NCBI GenBank assembly: GCA_024654445.1
Contig: JANLHP010000022.1
Span: forward strand, 15,332-79,331
From: Candidatus Curtissbacteria bacterium
GTDB taxonomy: Bacteria > Patescibacteriota > Microgenomatia > Curtissbacterales > GWA2-41-24
Reading direction: 5' to 3'
DNA length: 64,000 nt
Shown here one piece after another: positions 10,193 to 19,394 of the stretch. Below the pieces are notes generated by a model. It worked only from the letters and a program-made list of their open reading frames with translations, did no database searches and was not told where the DNA came from. The translations under genes and the position numbers were made by a program. Positions within the stretch are counted from its first letter, which is position 1. Each line of letters opens with the position of its first letter.

Positions 10193-10802
10193 CCTTAAAA
10201 TTTAGAAAATTTTCAAGAATTCTAAGACCACTTTTTTGACTACGCTCGGGGTGAAATTGGACTCCAAACAAATTATCCACCGCAACAGATGCTGTAAATT
10301 CCTCTCCGTATTCACAAGTTGCTGTCACTACGCCGCTTTCGTCAGGAGCTAAGCAGTAACTATGTATAAAATAAAAAACACTGGGTTTAACATTTTCAAA
10401 AAGAAGAGAGTTATCGGCGGGGTAAACGTCATTCCATCCAATGTGGGGTAGCCTGAAGTGTTTTTTGCTCACGCTCAATTTTCGAGTTTTACCCTTAACC
10501 CAACCCAAACCTTTATGCAATCCACCTTCTTCGCCGACTTCCGCCAGAAGTTGCATGCCTAAACATATACCCAAGAAGGCCTTTTTATTCTTCAGGACCT
10601 GCCCTTCCAATGTTTTTATAAGACCTCTCTCCGCCAGCTTATTCATGCCGTCACTAAAAGTTCCCACCCCGGGTAAAATTATATGAGTCGCTCTGTCAAA
10701 ATCTTTCGATTCCCTTGAAATTTTGCTCTCTGCACCTAAAGCATCCAAAGCGTTTTTTACCGAAGCTACATTCCCCATGTCATAGTCAACAATAATCACC
10801 AT
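10185..10802 (-). CDS. Glutamine amidotransferase HisH paralog (WbuY-type).
   Basis: Class I GATase catalytic triad region (GICLGMQLL, HPE near the C-terminus). Its start overlaps the HisF-like gene by 8 nt. Confidence 0.85.
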   Translation of the reverse strand: MVIIVDYDMGNVASVKNALDALGAESKISRESKDFDRATHIILPGVGTFSDGMNKLAERGLIKTLEGQVLKNKKAFLGICLGMQLLAEVGEEGGLHKGLGWVKGKTRKLSVSKKHFRLPHIGWNDVYPADNSLLFENVKPSVFYFIHSYCLAPDESGVVTATCEYGEEFTASVAVDNLFGVQFHPERSQKSGLRILENFLNFKDA

Positions 10803-11581
10803 TTGCGCAAGACCTTCCAAGACTGCTGTTCGAGTTTTATATTCAACATCGCGAGTTCTTGATTTTGGTCCAAATATCTAAGAACCTTTTTAACATCAAC
10901 AATCGCATTTTCCCTGAAGAAGTTATCATAAATTTTCCTCATTAACAATAAATCTTTTTCCCAGTCAACCGTCAGTCTGTAATTTCGGTAGTAGTTTGGA
11001 TCTAATTTTGGCGTCTTTCCTATAATAAACTCTCGATTTCGGTTAAACCACATATAAGGGGTCACATGTTCTTTCTCGTAGGAAGTTTTAGCGGCCCTAT
11101 AAGCCTTAAAAAGCGCATTAGAAGAAAATACTTCGACATCTAGGCCAATAGGCAAACTCCTTGTTACGTGGTCTGTGGTACTTAAATAATCAACTTTACC
11201 TCTTATAAATTCTCGAATACATACATCAATAATCTGGGGATCAATCAAGGGATTGTCGGCAGTTATCCTTACAATAATCCCGCAATCAAATTTTTTTGCG
11301 GTATTGTAAAATCTTGATAAAACGTTTTTCTTATTGCCACGAAAACATTGCAATTGTTCTTCTTTTGCGAACTTTTCTAGAATATCATTGTCTTTTGATC
11401 TAGGAATTGAAACAATAATATGCTTTATCCTTTTAGAATATTTTAATCTATTACAAATATGCCAAAGTAGAGGCTTTCCGGCTAATTCTGCCAAAATCTT
11501 GCCCGGTAGCCTCTCCGAATCAAATCTCGCTTGAATTATCGCACAAACGCTTTGTATATTATCCGTTCGTCCCCTCACCAT
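10796..11581 (-). CDS. Cytidylyltransferase of the CMP-nonulosonate synthetase type (PseF/SpsF-like).
   Basis: N-terminal AIIQARFDSERLPGKIL nucleotide-binding motif, typical of the acylneuraminate cytidylyltransferase/SpsF family. Confidence 0.7.
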   Translation of the reverse strand: MVRGRTDNIQSVCAIIQARFDSERLPGKILAELAGKPLLWHICNRLKYSKRIKHIIVSIPRSKDNDILEKFAKEEQLQCFRGNKKNVLSRFYNTAKKFDCGIIVRITADNPLIDPQIIDVCIREFIRGKVDYLSTTDHVTRSLPIGLDVEVFSSNALFKAYRAAKTSYEKEHVTPYMWFNRNREFIIGKTPKLDPNYYRNYRLTVDWEKDLLLMRKIYDNFFRENAIVDVKKVLRYLDQNQELAMLNIKLEQQSWKVLRKW

Positions 11582-12372
11582 GAAGTCCAGCCCCCATCAA
11601 CAACGAAATTCTCTCCTGTGATAAAACCGGAAGCATCACTTGAGAGCAGCGCAAACAAGCCTTTCAAGTCCTCGGGATTACCCAACTTATCAAGCATTGT
11701 CTTGCTTTTTAGCCTCTCACCGAATTTCTTGTCCCGAGCCACGTTTTCTTTAGGAAAAGGCCCTGGAGAAATTGAATTTACACGGATACCATACCTACCC
11801 CAGTAAGAAGCCAGATATTTTGTAAGCTGAATAATCCCCGCTTTGGCGATTGTGTACGTCGGTGGAATATTGAAATTATTGTCAGTGTATAGCCTCCAAT
11901 CCGGCGATTGAAGTCCGTACATTGAAGATATATTAATAATTGAACCTTTCGCCTCTCTCTTCATAAGAGGGAAAACAAGCTGGCTGCACCTCAGTGTACT
12001 CCAAAGAACACCGTTTAAACTACTCTCAAATTCGTCATAAGCTAAGTTGGTGGATACCTTTTCCTGATGAATAGCGTTATTTATAAGAATGGCTATGGAC
12101 GGGAGCCCTTTTATTTCATTGGAAAACTTAAGAAAAGAATTGCTGCTTGTAAAATCCAAGTCTTTAACAATAACTCTGGATTCTCCAAATTCCTTGAGCA
12201 ATCCACGAGCGACGGTAGCTCTTTTTTTAGCAGTCTTCTGCGTTGTAGTTACAACAACAGTTGCTCCTAATTCAAGAAGTGTTTCTGTCGCGGCTAAGCC
12301 TAAATGTCCCAAACCACCCGTCACAATCGCTGTCCTATTTTCTAAACTGATTAAGTCCGCCAGGCTTCTCAT
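11575..12372 (-). CDS. Short-chain dehydrogenase/reductase (SDR).
   Basis: TGGLGHLG Rossmann motif, NAIH, and YTIAKAG (YxxxK) active site. Confidence 0.75.
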   Translation of the reverse strand: MRSLADLISLENRTAIVTGGLGHLGLAATETLLELGATVVVTTTQKTAKKRATVARGLLKEFGESRVIVKDLDFTSSNSFLKFSNEIKGLPSIAILINNAIHQEKVSTNLAYDEFESSLNGVLWSTLRCSQLVFPLMKREAKGSIINISSMYGLQSPDWRLYTDNNFNIPPTYTIAKAGIIQLTKYLASYWGRYGIRVNSISPGPFPKENVARDKKFGERLKSKTMLDKLGNPEDLKGLFALLSSDASGFITGENFVVDGGWTSW

Positions 12373-13274
12373 AGCTGCAAGTTCCAACAGGCAGGGTTTG
12401 TGTACTTCTCTTCCAAAATGGGAATGCGTTGTGCAAGTTTATCAAATACTACTTGATCAATGTGAGCCTCAAAAGCAGACACGTCCGTCTCTAACTGTTT
12501 TGGCGAGGTTATCCCTATTACTAAAGGACCAAAGTTCTTGTTTGCAATGAATTGAATAAGTAACTCTTCGCGCGGTACTTTATATGAGTCCAAATATTTA
12601 TAGAACGTGTTCAGCTTACCCTTTACGTCCCCAAAGTATTCCGGTAAATTTTTAGTGCTCATCAGTAGCACTCCTTGAAGAAACACACTCCTTTGAACAA
12701 TGAGCTTACCCTTTTTCTGCAGTAATTTCATTTTGCCTTGGCTTTCAAAGTCCCGACTTAGGATATTATGGGGGATTTGATAAACATCAATCTCATCATA
12801 TTTAAGCGCTCTGTCCACATCTCCTGGATCATATAAGGAGATACCGATATATCTGATTAGACCCCGCTTTTTATAGTCATATAAAATATCCAAAAAAATA
12901 TCAGGATTTGCAAAAAAACCTTCGAAATCGTGGATATAAATAATATCCAAATGCTTTCTGTGAAGTCGACCCAGAGAAGTCTTCAACGAGTCCAAAATTT
13001 CCTTAGAGGAATCTTTAGATTTAAACGCAGTCAGCTTAGTGGCAATTATTACATTTCGTCTTCCAAGAACTTCCCCTATTATTTTTTCACTCCCCCCGTA
13101 GCTACTCGCAGTGTCAAAAAAGTTAATTCCGCGGTCAAGTGCAGCGTTTAGTATACACTTGGTTGTGTTCGTTGAAACTTGGTTCTTATTGGCGATACCG
13201 TATTGTTGTCCAAATTGAGCGCATCCCAAACAAAAGGAAGAAAGCTCTAAATCTTTGTATTTAAATACATTCAT
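12369..13274 (-). CDS. Aldo/keto reductase.
   Basis: AKR TIM-barrel signatures (FFDTASSYGGSE, IGISLYDP). Confidence 0.8.
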   Translation of the reverse strand: MNVFKYKDLELSSFCLGCAQFGQQYGIANKNQVSTNTTKCILNAALDRGINFFDTASSYGGSEKIIGEVLGRRNVIIATKLTAFKSKDSSKEILDSLKTSLGRLHRKHLDIIYIHDFEGFFANPDIFLDILYDYKKRGLIRYIGISLYDPGDVDRALKYDEIDVYQIPHNILSRDFESQGKMKLLQKKGKLIVQRSVFLQGVLLMSTKNLPEYFGDVKGKLNTFYKYLDSYKVPREELLIQFIANKNFGPLVIGITSPKQLETDVSAFEAHIDQVVFDKLAQRIPILEEKYTNPACWNLQL

Positions 13275-13933
13275 GTTAAATCTTTTTTCATAAAATATTT
13301 TATAATTTTACCAATTTCGGATTTAATTTCCTCTGGATTCATTCCTCTTCTGTCTAGTAGAAAAAATTCGTAATCTTTTTTACCCAAATACTTTCGCGCA
13401 TATCTTGCAGATCGCGGGCCGTGGTATGCATGAGTGACAATGGCCAACTTTTTAAAATTTAATTTACCCAACTCTTTAAATTGGTCAAGCGTTGAAATTA
13501 GAGGGACTGGGGGCATATTAGACAACTTTATTACGTTTGAAGAATCAATGTTTTTTGCCAGTTTTCTCATCAAATCATTTTGTGCTTCAGTGCCTGTTAA
13601 AACTAACTTTGGGCCCCGGCTACTAAAACTTGCTAGCTTCTTATAGATCGTAAGCCCGTAAGCTGTTCGTTGTTCTGTGTCTCTTAAATTTGTTTTAAGT
13701 GCCGGATCACCGCTTTCACCCGAAAGTATAGCAACAGCTTCAATTCCAGCATCGATTTTGGGATCAACAGAGTTTCTTACTGATTCGAATTCTTGCTTTA
13801 ATTTATTTTCGACTTCAAGAAAATCCAGGCCTATCAGGCCTCGGATGAATTGAAGAGAAAACATACTTTTGAGCCTGAAAGGCGAATATCGAGGGCTTTT
13901 AGCCCTCGGAAGTTTATCTCGAATATTCACCAA
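13271..13933 (-). CDS. DUF218/YdcF-like protein.
   Basis: LAIVTHAYHGPRSARYARK resembles the conserved DUF218 motif. Confidence 0.4.
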   Translation of the reverse strand: MVNIRDKLPRAKSPRYSPFRLKSMFSLQFIRGLIGLDFLEVENKLKQEFESVRNSVDPKIDAGIEAVAILSGESGDPALKTNLRDTEQRTAYGLTIYKKLASFSSRGPKLVLTGTEAQNDLMRKLAKNIDSSNVIKLSNMPPVPLISTLDQFKELGKLNFKKLAIVTHAYHGPRSARYARKYLGKKDYEFFLLDRRGMNPEEIKSEIGKIIKYFMKKDLT

Positions 13934-15071
13934 TCACATCCTTAAAAGTTTTTATTACATAATCTATTTGTTTTTTTGACAAATCCGGAAAAAGCGGTAA
14001 CGAGATTTCCGATTCATAAACAGATTCGGAAATTGGAAAATCACCTCTTTTAAATCCAAATTTTTTTCGATAATATGGCTGAAGATGGACGGGAATATAA
14101 TGGACCTGAACACCGAGCCCTCGATCCTTCAGCTCGTCAAAAATCCTCTTCCTTGAAACTTTAATCTCGTCCAGCTTTAAAAGCGCAGTAAACAAATGCC
14201 AAACGGCAAAACTAGAATTGTTTTCCTTCGGCACATCAATAGGCAAGTCACTAAATGCTTTCCTATACACATCAACGACCAATCTACGCGCTCCAATGAA
14301 CCTTTCTATCCTCGAGAGTTGTGACACACCAAGGGCGGCTTGAAAATCGGTTAGTCGAAAATTTAAACCAAGTTCCTGCATCTCATAATACCAACCGCCA
14401 ACATTATTTTGTAAATTCTTTCTTGTGATCCCATGGTTTCTAAAAATAAGAAGCTTTTCCCATAACTTTTTGTCGTTTGTGACCGCCATACCTCCTTCAC
14501 CAGTCGTTATTGTTTTAACAGGATGGAAAGAAAAACATGTTATATCAGCAATTGTTCCTATCATCCTCCCTTTATATTTAGAGCCGATCGAGTGAGCCGC
14601 GTCATCAATTGTTACAAGGCCATAATTTTTAGCGATTCTTTTGATTCTATCCCAATCACAGGGATTACCGGCGAAATCAACCGCCAAAATCGCCTTTGTC
14701 TTCTTATTTATCGCCTGCTCAATCCGATCAGCATTAATGTTTAAGGTTGCAAAGTCAATGTCGACGAATTTGGGAATTCCTCCGAACCAGACAAAACAAT
14801 TGCTTGATGCTGCGAATGTGTAAGGTGTGGTTATTACTTCATCGCCCGAACCGATTCCGGAGGCGAAACAACTTGCAACAAGAGCGGATGCGCCGGAATT
14901 AAACGCTACAGCGTATTTTGCTCCGACGTAATTCGCAACCGCATTTTCAAATTCAAGAACCTCGGGTCCTTGGGTAATAAAATCAGATTTTAAAACTCTG
15001 GTCACTGCCTCGATATCTTTCTGGTTAATCGATTGGTGAGAGTAGGGGATCAGCTTAAGCGGTCTTTTCAT
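13914..15071 (-). CDS. DegT/DnrJ/EryC1-family PLP aminotransferase (PseC-like UDP-4-keto-sugar transaminase).
   Basis: SFHPVKTITTGEGGMAVTN contains the PLP Lys and is typical of the sugar aminotransferase class. Confidence 0.85.
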   Translation of the reverse strand: MKRPLKLIPYSHQSINQKDIEAVTRVLKSDFITQGPEVLEFENAVANYVGAKYAVAFNSGASALVASCFASGIGSGDEVITTPYTFAASSNCFVWFGGIPKFVDIDFATLNINADRIEQAINKKTKAILAVDFAGNPCDWDRIKRIAKNYGLVTIDDAAHSIGSKYKGRMIGTIADITCFSFHPVKTITTGEGGMAVTNDKKLWEKLLIFRNHGITRKNLQNNVGGWYYEMQELGLNFRLTDFQAALGVSQLSRIERFIGARRLVVDVYRKAFSDLPIDVPKENNSSFAVWHLFTALLKLDEIKVSRKRIFDELKDRGLGVQVHYIPVHLQPYYRKKFGFKRGDFPISESVYESEISLPLFPDLSKKQIDYVIKTFKDVIGEYSR

Positions 15072-16371
15072 TCTCCTTCTGGATAATTGTCTCGCATAAC
15101 CTTTTCAGATTTAAAGAATAATTCCTTGTATCTTCCGAAAGATAATAGTTGAGATTGCTATATTTACTCTTAGAATTAACCTTTGCATTAGAAATGTTGG
15201 GATTATTAAATATGTACTTCAACTTTTCTATTTTGTCGACAATTATGACATTTGGTAACTGTTCGATTTTCCGGAAATGTTCATAATATTTAAAAGCGTT
15301 TTTCGGCGATGTTAGATGAATTCCATCATCGTAAGTAATAACAAAAACTTTTTTATTAAAAATTAGCCCTTCAATCAGCATTGTAGATAGGGGACATATC
15401 ATAAACTCCATATTAGAAAGAAGCCTTGGATAATAATCCAAGCCCGGGATAATATTGTTCTGCTCCCTTTTGTAATAAGCTCTGGCATCAGTGTCTAAAA
15501 TAACATTTTTAAAATCCCAATCAAAAAATGTATCAAAAGATTTTCGTGGATGTCTCCAAGGATGTGGCCTGTAAACGATCTTAATTTGATCCTCTAAATG
15601 ACTTATTATTCCATCAAGCTCCCTCAAAGTTGAAATCTCGTCAAAAGGAATTGCATTGCCCGAAAAAAGAGCAAAGCGGAATGGGTAAGGAGAAGGTAGC
15701 TTTTCACTCCTTTGCCGAAAATAGCTTTCAAATCTCGGCGTCCCAAGAACAAAGACTCTCTCGCGGTCGACGTTATGAATTCTCATAGTATGTTCGACCG
15801 ACTGTTTTCCCCAAACAGCCAAGTAATCCGGACGTCTTGTAAATATCGTCTTGCTGCAAAGATTGTCCCAATTATCAATTAAAAGGCATACCGGAATTTG
15901 ATACTTTTTTGCAATCCTAATAAACTCAAAAGTGACACCTTCAAATCCGCTTGATGGGATTAAAATTAAGGATGGTTTAGTTTTTTCAATTAACTCTTCC
16001 AATTCTTTATCTTTAGTACCAAGAAAAACGTAAAGTTTAAATAAGTCATAAATAACAGGAAATGAGAGCAGTGAGTATTTAATCTTAAGAAATTTAGGCA
16101 GCCTCATAAAACGGAACTTAAAAGTTAAACTCCTATTTCCGTATCTTCGGGTATTTGTGTTGAATAAGTGAAAATGTAGTCTTGCCTTTTCTTTTGAGTA
16201 AGAGAATTCTAAAACTCTATCCCTTTTAGCCTGAGGAATTTGCTTTCGTGTCAAATCCTTATTTAAAAGAAAAGTGCAGTCGGCTTTAATTTCAGAAAGG
16301 CAATTAGAAGTTATATAGTTTCTATAATACTCGTTCGTATTTATAACAAAGACAATGTTATTTTTAGACAT
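15055..16371 (-). CDS. GT-B-like protein with an HP motif, paralogous to 5177..6709; putative CMP-ulosonate transferase or TagF-like transferase.
   Basis: RPHPWRHP and GTPRFE motifs. It is embedded in the Pse-type operon between the aminotransferase and the 4,6-dehydratase. Confidence 0.35.
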   Translation of the reverse strand: MSKNNIVFVINTNEYYRNYITSNCLSEIKADCTFLLNKDLTRKQIPQAKRDRVLEFSYSKEKARLHFHLFNTNTRRYGNRSLTFKFRFMRLPKFLKIKYSLLSFPVIYDLFKLYVFLGTKDKELEELIEKTKPSLILIPSSGFEGVTFEFIRIAKKYQIPVCLLIDNWDNLCSKTIFTRRPDYLAVWGKQSVEHTMRIHNVDRERVFVLGTPRFESYFRQRSEKLPSPYPFRFALFSGNAIPFDEISTLRELDGIISHLEDQIKIVYRPHPWRHPRKSFDTFFDWDFKNVILDTDARAYYKREQNNIIPGLDYYPRLLSNMEFMICPLSTMLIEGLIFNKKVFVITYDDGIHLTSPKNAFKYYEHFRKIEQLPNVIIVDKIEKLKYIFNNPNISNAKVNSKSKYSNLNYYLSEDTRNYSLNLKRLCETIIQKENEKTA

Positions 16372-16380
16372 AAAACGAAG

Positions 16381-17376
16381 TTAATAACCTGCGCCATCTG
16401 AAGCTATATCAGAAATAAGTGTTTTAATCTTCTCCGCGCTAAGCCATTTGTTATTGTTGTCGCTGCTATACATAAATCCGTCAACTGGCTTCTTTTTAAC
16501 TTTACTGCTACCGGCCCACCAGTCGAATTCCGGTTCAATTAAAAAATAGTTCTTAAATTCCCTTGTATGTCTTGATTCGTCAAAACTAATCAACGCTTCG
16601 TGGAGCTTTTCACCGGGTCTTATTCCAACAATTCTAATTTTAGAATTTGGAGAAATAGCCTTTGCAACTTCAGTAATCCTGACACTTGGAATTTTTGGTA
16701 CGAATATCTCTCCGCCCTTCATTTTTCCAAGTGTATTTATAACCAGCTCAACCCCCTGCTCCAAGGTAATCCAGAATCTTGTCATTCTAATGTCGGTTAT
16801 CGTAATGTGATTATTTTTCGCTTGAGAAATAAAAACAGGAACAACACTACCACGCGAGCCCATTACATTTCCGTACCTTACAACACTAAACTTCGTACTC
16901 TTTTCCCCTCCATAAGAATTCGCTTGAATGAAAATTTTCTCGGCAACCATTTTAGTGGCACCGTATAAGTTTACTGGAGAAACTGCTTTATCTGAAGAAA
17001 TTAAAATAACTTTTGAAACATTTTCATCAAGCGAAGCCTCAATGACATTCTCACTCCCCATAATGTTTGTGTGAATTGCTTCAAAAGGGTTATACTCTAA
17101 AAGAGGCACCTGCTTAAGGGCCGCGGCGTGTATTACATAATCTACGCCAACAATTGCTCGCTTTAATCTTCTTAAGTCCCTTACATCTCCCAATAAAAAT
17201 CTTAACCTTTTGTCTCCCTGATATTTCGCCATAAGTGCGTGTTGCTTAAATTCATCCCTGGAATAAATTCTAATAACACCCTTAAAAGTTTTTTGCGAAA
17301 GTAGATGAGCGATAAATGCTTTTCCAAATGATCCAGTGCCGCCTGTTAGAAGAATTGTTTGTTTTGTTAAATTCAT
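16381..17376 (-). CDS. pseB: UDP-N-acetylglucosamine 4,6-dehydratase (PseB/FlaA1/CapD family).
   Basis: LLTGGTGSFGKAF Rossmann motif and YGATKMVAEK catalytic YxxxK. Length and domain order match PseB/FlaA1. Confidence 0.8.
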   Translation of the reverse strand: MNLTKQTILLTGGTGSFGKAFIAHLLSQKTFKGVIRIYSRDEFKQHALMAKYQGDKRLRFLLGDVRDLRRLKRAIVGVDYVIHAAALKQVPLLEYNPFEAIHTNIMGSENVIEASLDENVSKVILISSDKAVSPVNLYGATKMVAEKIFIQANSYGGEKSTKFSVVRYGNVMGSRGSVVPVFISQAKNNHITITDIRMTRFWITLEQGVELVINTLGKMKGGEIFVPKIPSVRITEVAKAISPNSKIRIVGIRPGEKLHEALISFDESRHTREFKNYFLIEPEFDWWAGSSKVKKKPVDGFMYSSDNNNKWLSAEKIKTLISDIASDGAGY

Positions 17377-17460
17377 GAAGTCAAAAGTCTCCGTATTTTA
17401 TGCGAATTGTTGCCACATTTACAAGGTGATCACATAAAGTACAGCTCAGAAGTTACTTTA

Positions 17461-17701
17461 TTATGAGCGAGAATTCCTCGGCCTTTAAAGCCGAGGATGA
17501 GAGTGAGCGAATATCAAAATATGCACTGCCCTGTGGTCCTTATCAAGTCAGACTCGACTCCAGGCTTAATCGTGGACGAAAATCCGCATGTAGTTTATCG
17601 ACTTACCAGAAGACCACGGCTTCCAGCCGTGGATGAATGGCAGGAGGCGATTCAGACCAAGCGAAGCTTGAATTGAGTTGAAAGAGGACCACGGGCTATG
17701 C
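17461..17701 (-). repeat. Intergenic repeat element, copy B (inverted, 17461-17600), plus an additional forward core-like segment at 17681-17701.
   Basis: The reverse complement of 17461-17600 aligns nearly base-for-base with copy C, including the perfect hairpin CCTCGGCC-TTTAAA-GGCCGAGG. Confidence 0.8.
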
Positions 17702-17711
17702 CTGTGGGAAT

Positions 17712-19394
17712 CTATTTTATCTTTAAAACATCAAAATATGGACCGGGTCTATCCACCAAAAATAGCGGAAAGTTATAAGGCGCGTCAAAGAAAGCTTCAG
17801 GTATTTTGTAATTATAAACAATTTCTCCGGTTGGAGAAAAATGAACAATTAATTCGAAATCAAAACTACTTGAGTTAAATAATAATCGATCATAAGAGCC
17901 AAGATAAGAATCGACTACATATTTGACAGGGTAAACAGACGATGCCCTTTGAAGATCTTCCTCTTTTGATCGTGTTTGAAATTCGTTTATATAAACCACA
18001 TTTCTAACGTTTGGCGGATATGTTTCACCCGTTAACTCCGCCGCCCGCGAGTAGAAACCTGGCCGGAATTCTCTAATTGGGGCTGACGCTCTAGCATTAG
18101 GAACGTGACCAAAATTTCTTCTAATTGTATACGCAATTGGAACTTCACTCCTTATGTTTTTATCAACCCATTCATGGACTTGAGAAAAAGTAGGTGTTTT
18201 TAAAATAAGAATATTCCAGTAAATGGAGTTAAGTGAAGCAAGCAAAAGGAGGATAGAGGCAAATATAACCGATGTAAAATTCAAATGAAGCACACGCGAT
18301 AAAACGAAACCCGAAAAAATAGGTAAAAGGGAAAAACTAATCAAAAAGTATCTAACAAAAGGAGGAAAGACTGTCACCACTAAAAGAAAGTTTAAGAAAA
18401 TAAATAAAAAAAACGGCAAATATTCCCGCCGCCAATTAGTTCTTTTGGTGAAAAATAACATTGCGCTTCCCACGATAATACCGTCGGTTTTAATTAAGTC
18501 TCCAAAAACCTTTTGCACGTTTCCTTCATTTATATAAAACCGCAAAACGTCAAATAAATTGTCCGATGCGTGGGGAAGTTTAATAAGTCCGACATTAGGA
18601 TTTCCCGGGGAAACTATTTTAAAAAAATCTCCACCAACACTCAGAAAATTAAAAACAAGAATTAAAAAAGCCCAAAGTAGCAAAGCTGATAAATTAGTAA
18701 GAATAACTTTTTTCTCAAAAAGATTTCTACTTGAAATTAACCTAAGAAGAATGATCAAAATAATAACCATGCCGCTAATCTGATGAAATCCAAATGAGAT
18801 TGCAGAAAAGATGAAGGCAAAAGTTACATTCTTGAATTCCGAATCATGCTTCTTAATACTTTTATAAGCAAACAACACGGAAAGGAGTGCGAAGAAAATA
18901 GCCGGGGACCAAGCCCTCGCTAAATGAGAAACATGAACTAAATTAAATGAAATCGCAAAAAGCGCGCTTGCCCACAAAGCGGCTTTTTTACTTTCAAAAA
19001 TTTCAACAGTTAGCTTGTAAATAACAAGCACACTTAAAACCCCAAAAAGTGCGGAAATTACGCGAGGAATAAACGTCAGGTAACCTTCTTGCGTTACGAG
19101 TAAAAATTCAAAATCGCGGATGTTGTGTACTTTTCCAGATAAAAACATAACAACAAAGGAAAGAAGAATAAATGGAATTTGCGCGTAAGATCCTAAAGGG
19201 CCGTAGTTGCCAATGCTAAAAATAGATTTTGTGGCAAGCATATTTAACGCGCTCAAATGGTAAATCGCCTCGTCGTTTGACATGTAAAGAATTGGGAATC
19301 CAACCGTAAGGTTATTGAAGCGGAGTAAAAACCCCATCAAAAGTATTAGAAGCAAAAAATATTTAGGAGATATATTTCTTAAGAAACTCATCAA
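17712..19394 (-). CDS. GT-C-fold membrane glycosyltransferase (GT39/GT83, PMT/ArnT-like).
   Basis: An acidic motif in the first loop (YMSNDEAIY), 11-13 TM helices, and a C-terminal periplasmic domain. Confidence 0.6.
   Translation of the reverse strand: MMSFLRNISPKYFLLLILLMGFLLRFNNLTVGFPILYMSNDEAIYHLSALNMLATKSIFSIGNYGPLGSYAQIPFILLSFVVMFLSGKVHNIRDFEFLLVTQEGYLTFIPRVISALFGVLSVLVIYKLTVEIFESKKAALWASALFAISFNLVHVSHLARAWSPAIFFALLSVLFAYKSIKKHDSEFKNVTFAFIFSAISFGFHQISGMVIILIILLRLISSRNLFEKKVILTNLSALLLWAFLILVFNFLSVGGDFFKIVSPGNPNVGLIKLPHASDNLFDVLRFYINEGNVQKVFGDLIKTDGIIVGSAMLFFTKRTNWRREYLPFFLFIFLNFLLVVTVFPPFVRYFLISFSLLPIFSGFVLSRVLHLNFTSVIFASILLLLASLNSIYWNILILKTPTFSQVHEWVDKNIRSEVPIAYTIRRNFGHVPNARASAPIREFRPGFYSRAAELTGETYPPNVRNVVYINEFQTRSKEEDLQRASSVYPVKYVVDSYLGSYDRLLFNSSSFDFELIVHFSPTGEIVYNYKIPEAFFDAPYNFPLFLVDRPGPYFDVLKIK

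Noticed and set aside
9398-10802. HisH/HisF as histidine biosynthesis genes.
   Set aside because: No other his genes are nearby, and they are translationally coupled to a PP-loop sugar amidotransferase. This is the WbuX/Y/Z-type arrangement for acetamidino sugar formation.
17678-17878. Plus-strand ORF 17678..17878 in the 17.4-17.7 kb intergenic region.
   Set aside because: It starts inside repeat copy B and runs antisense into the C-terminus of the GT-C gene. It has no domain similarity and is more likely noise created by the repeat.
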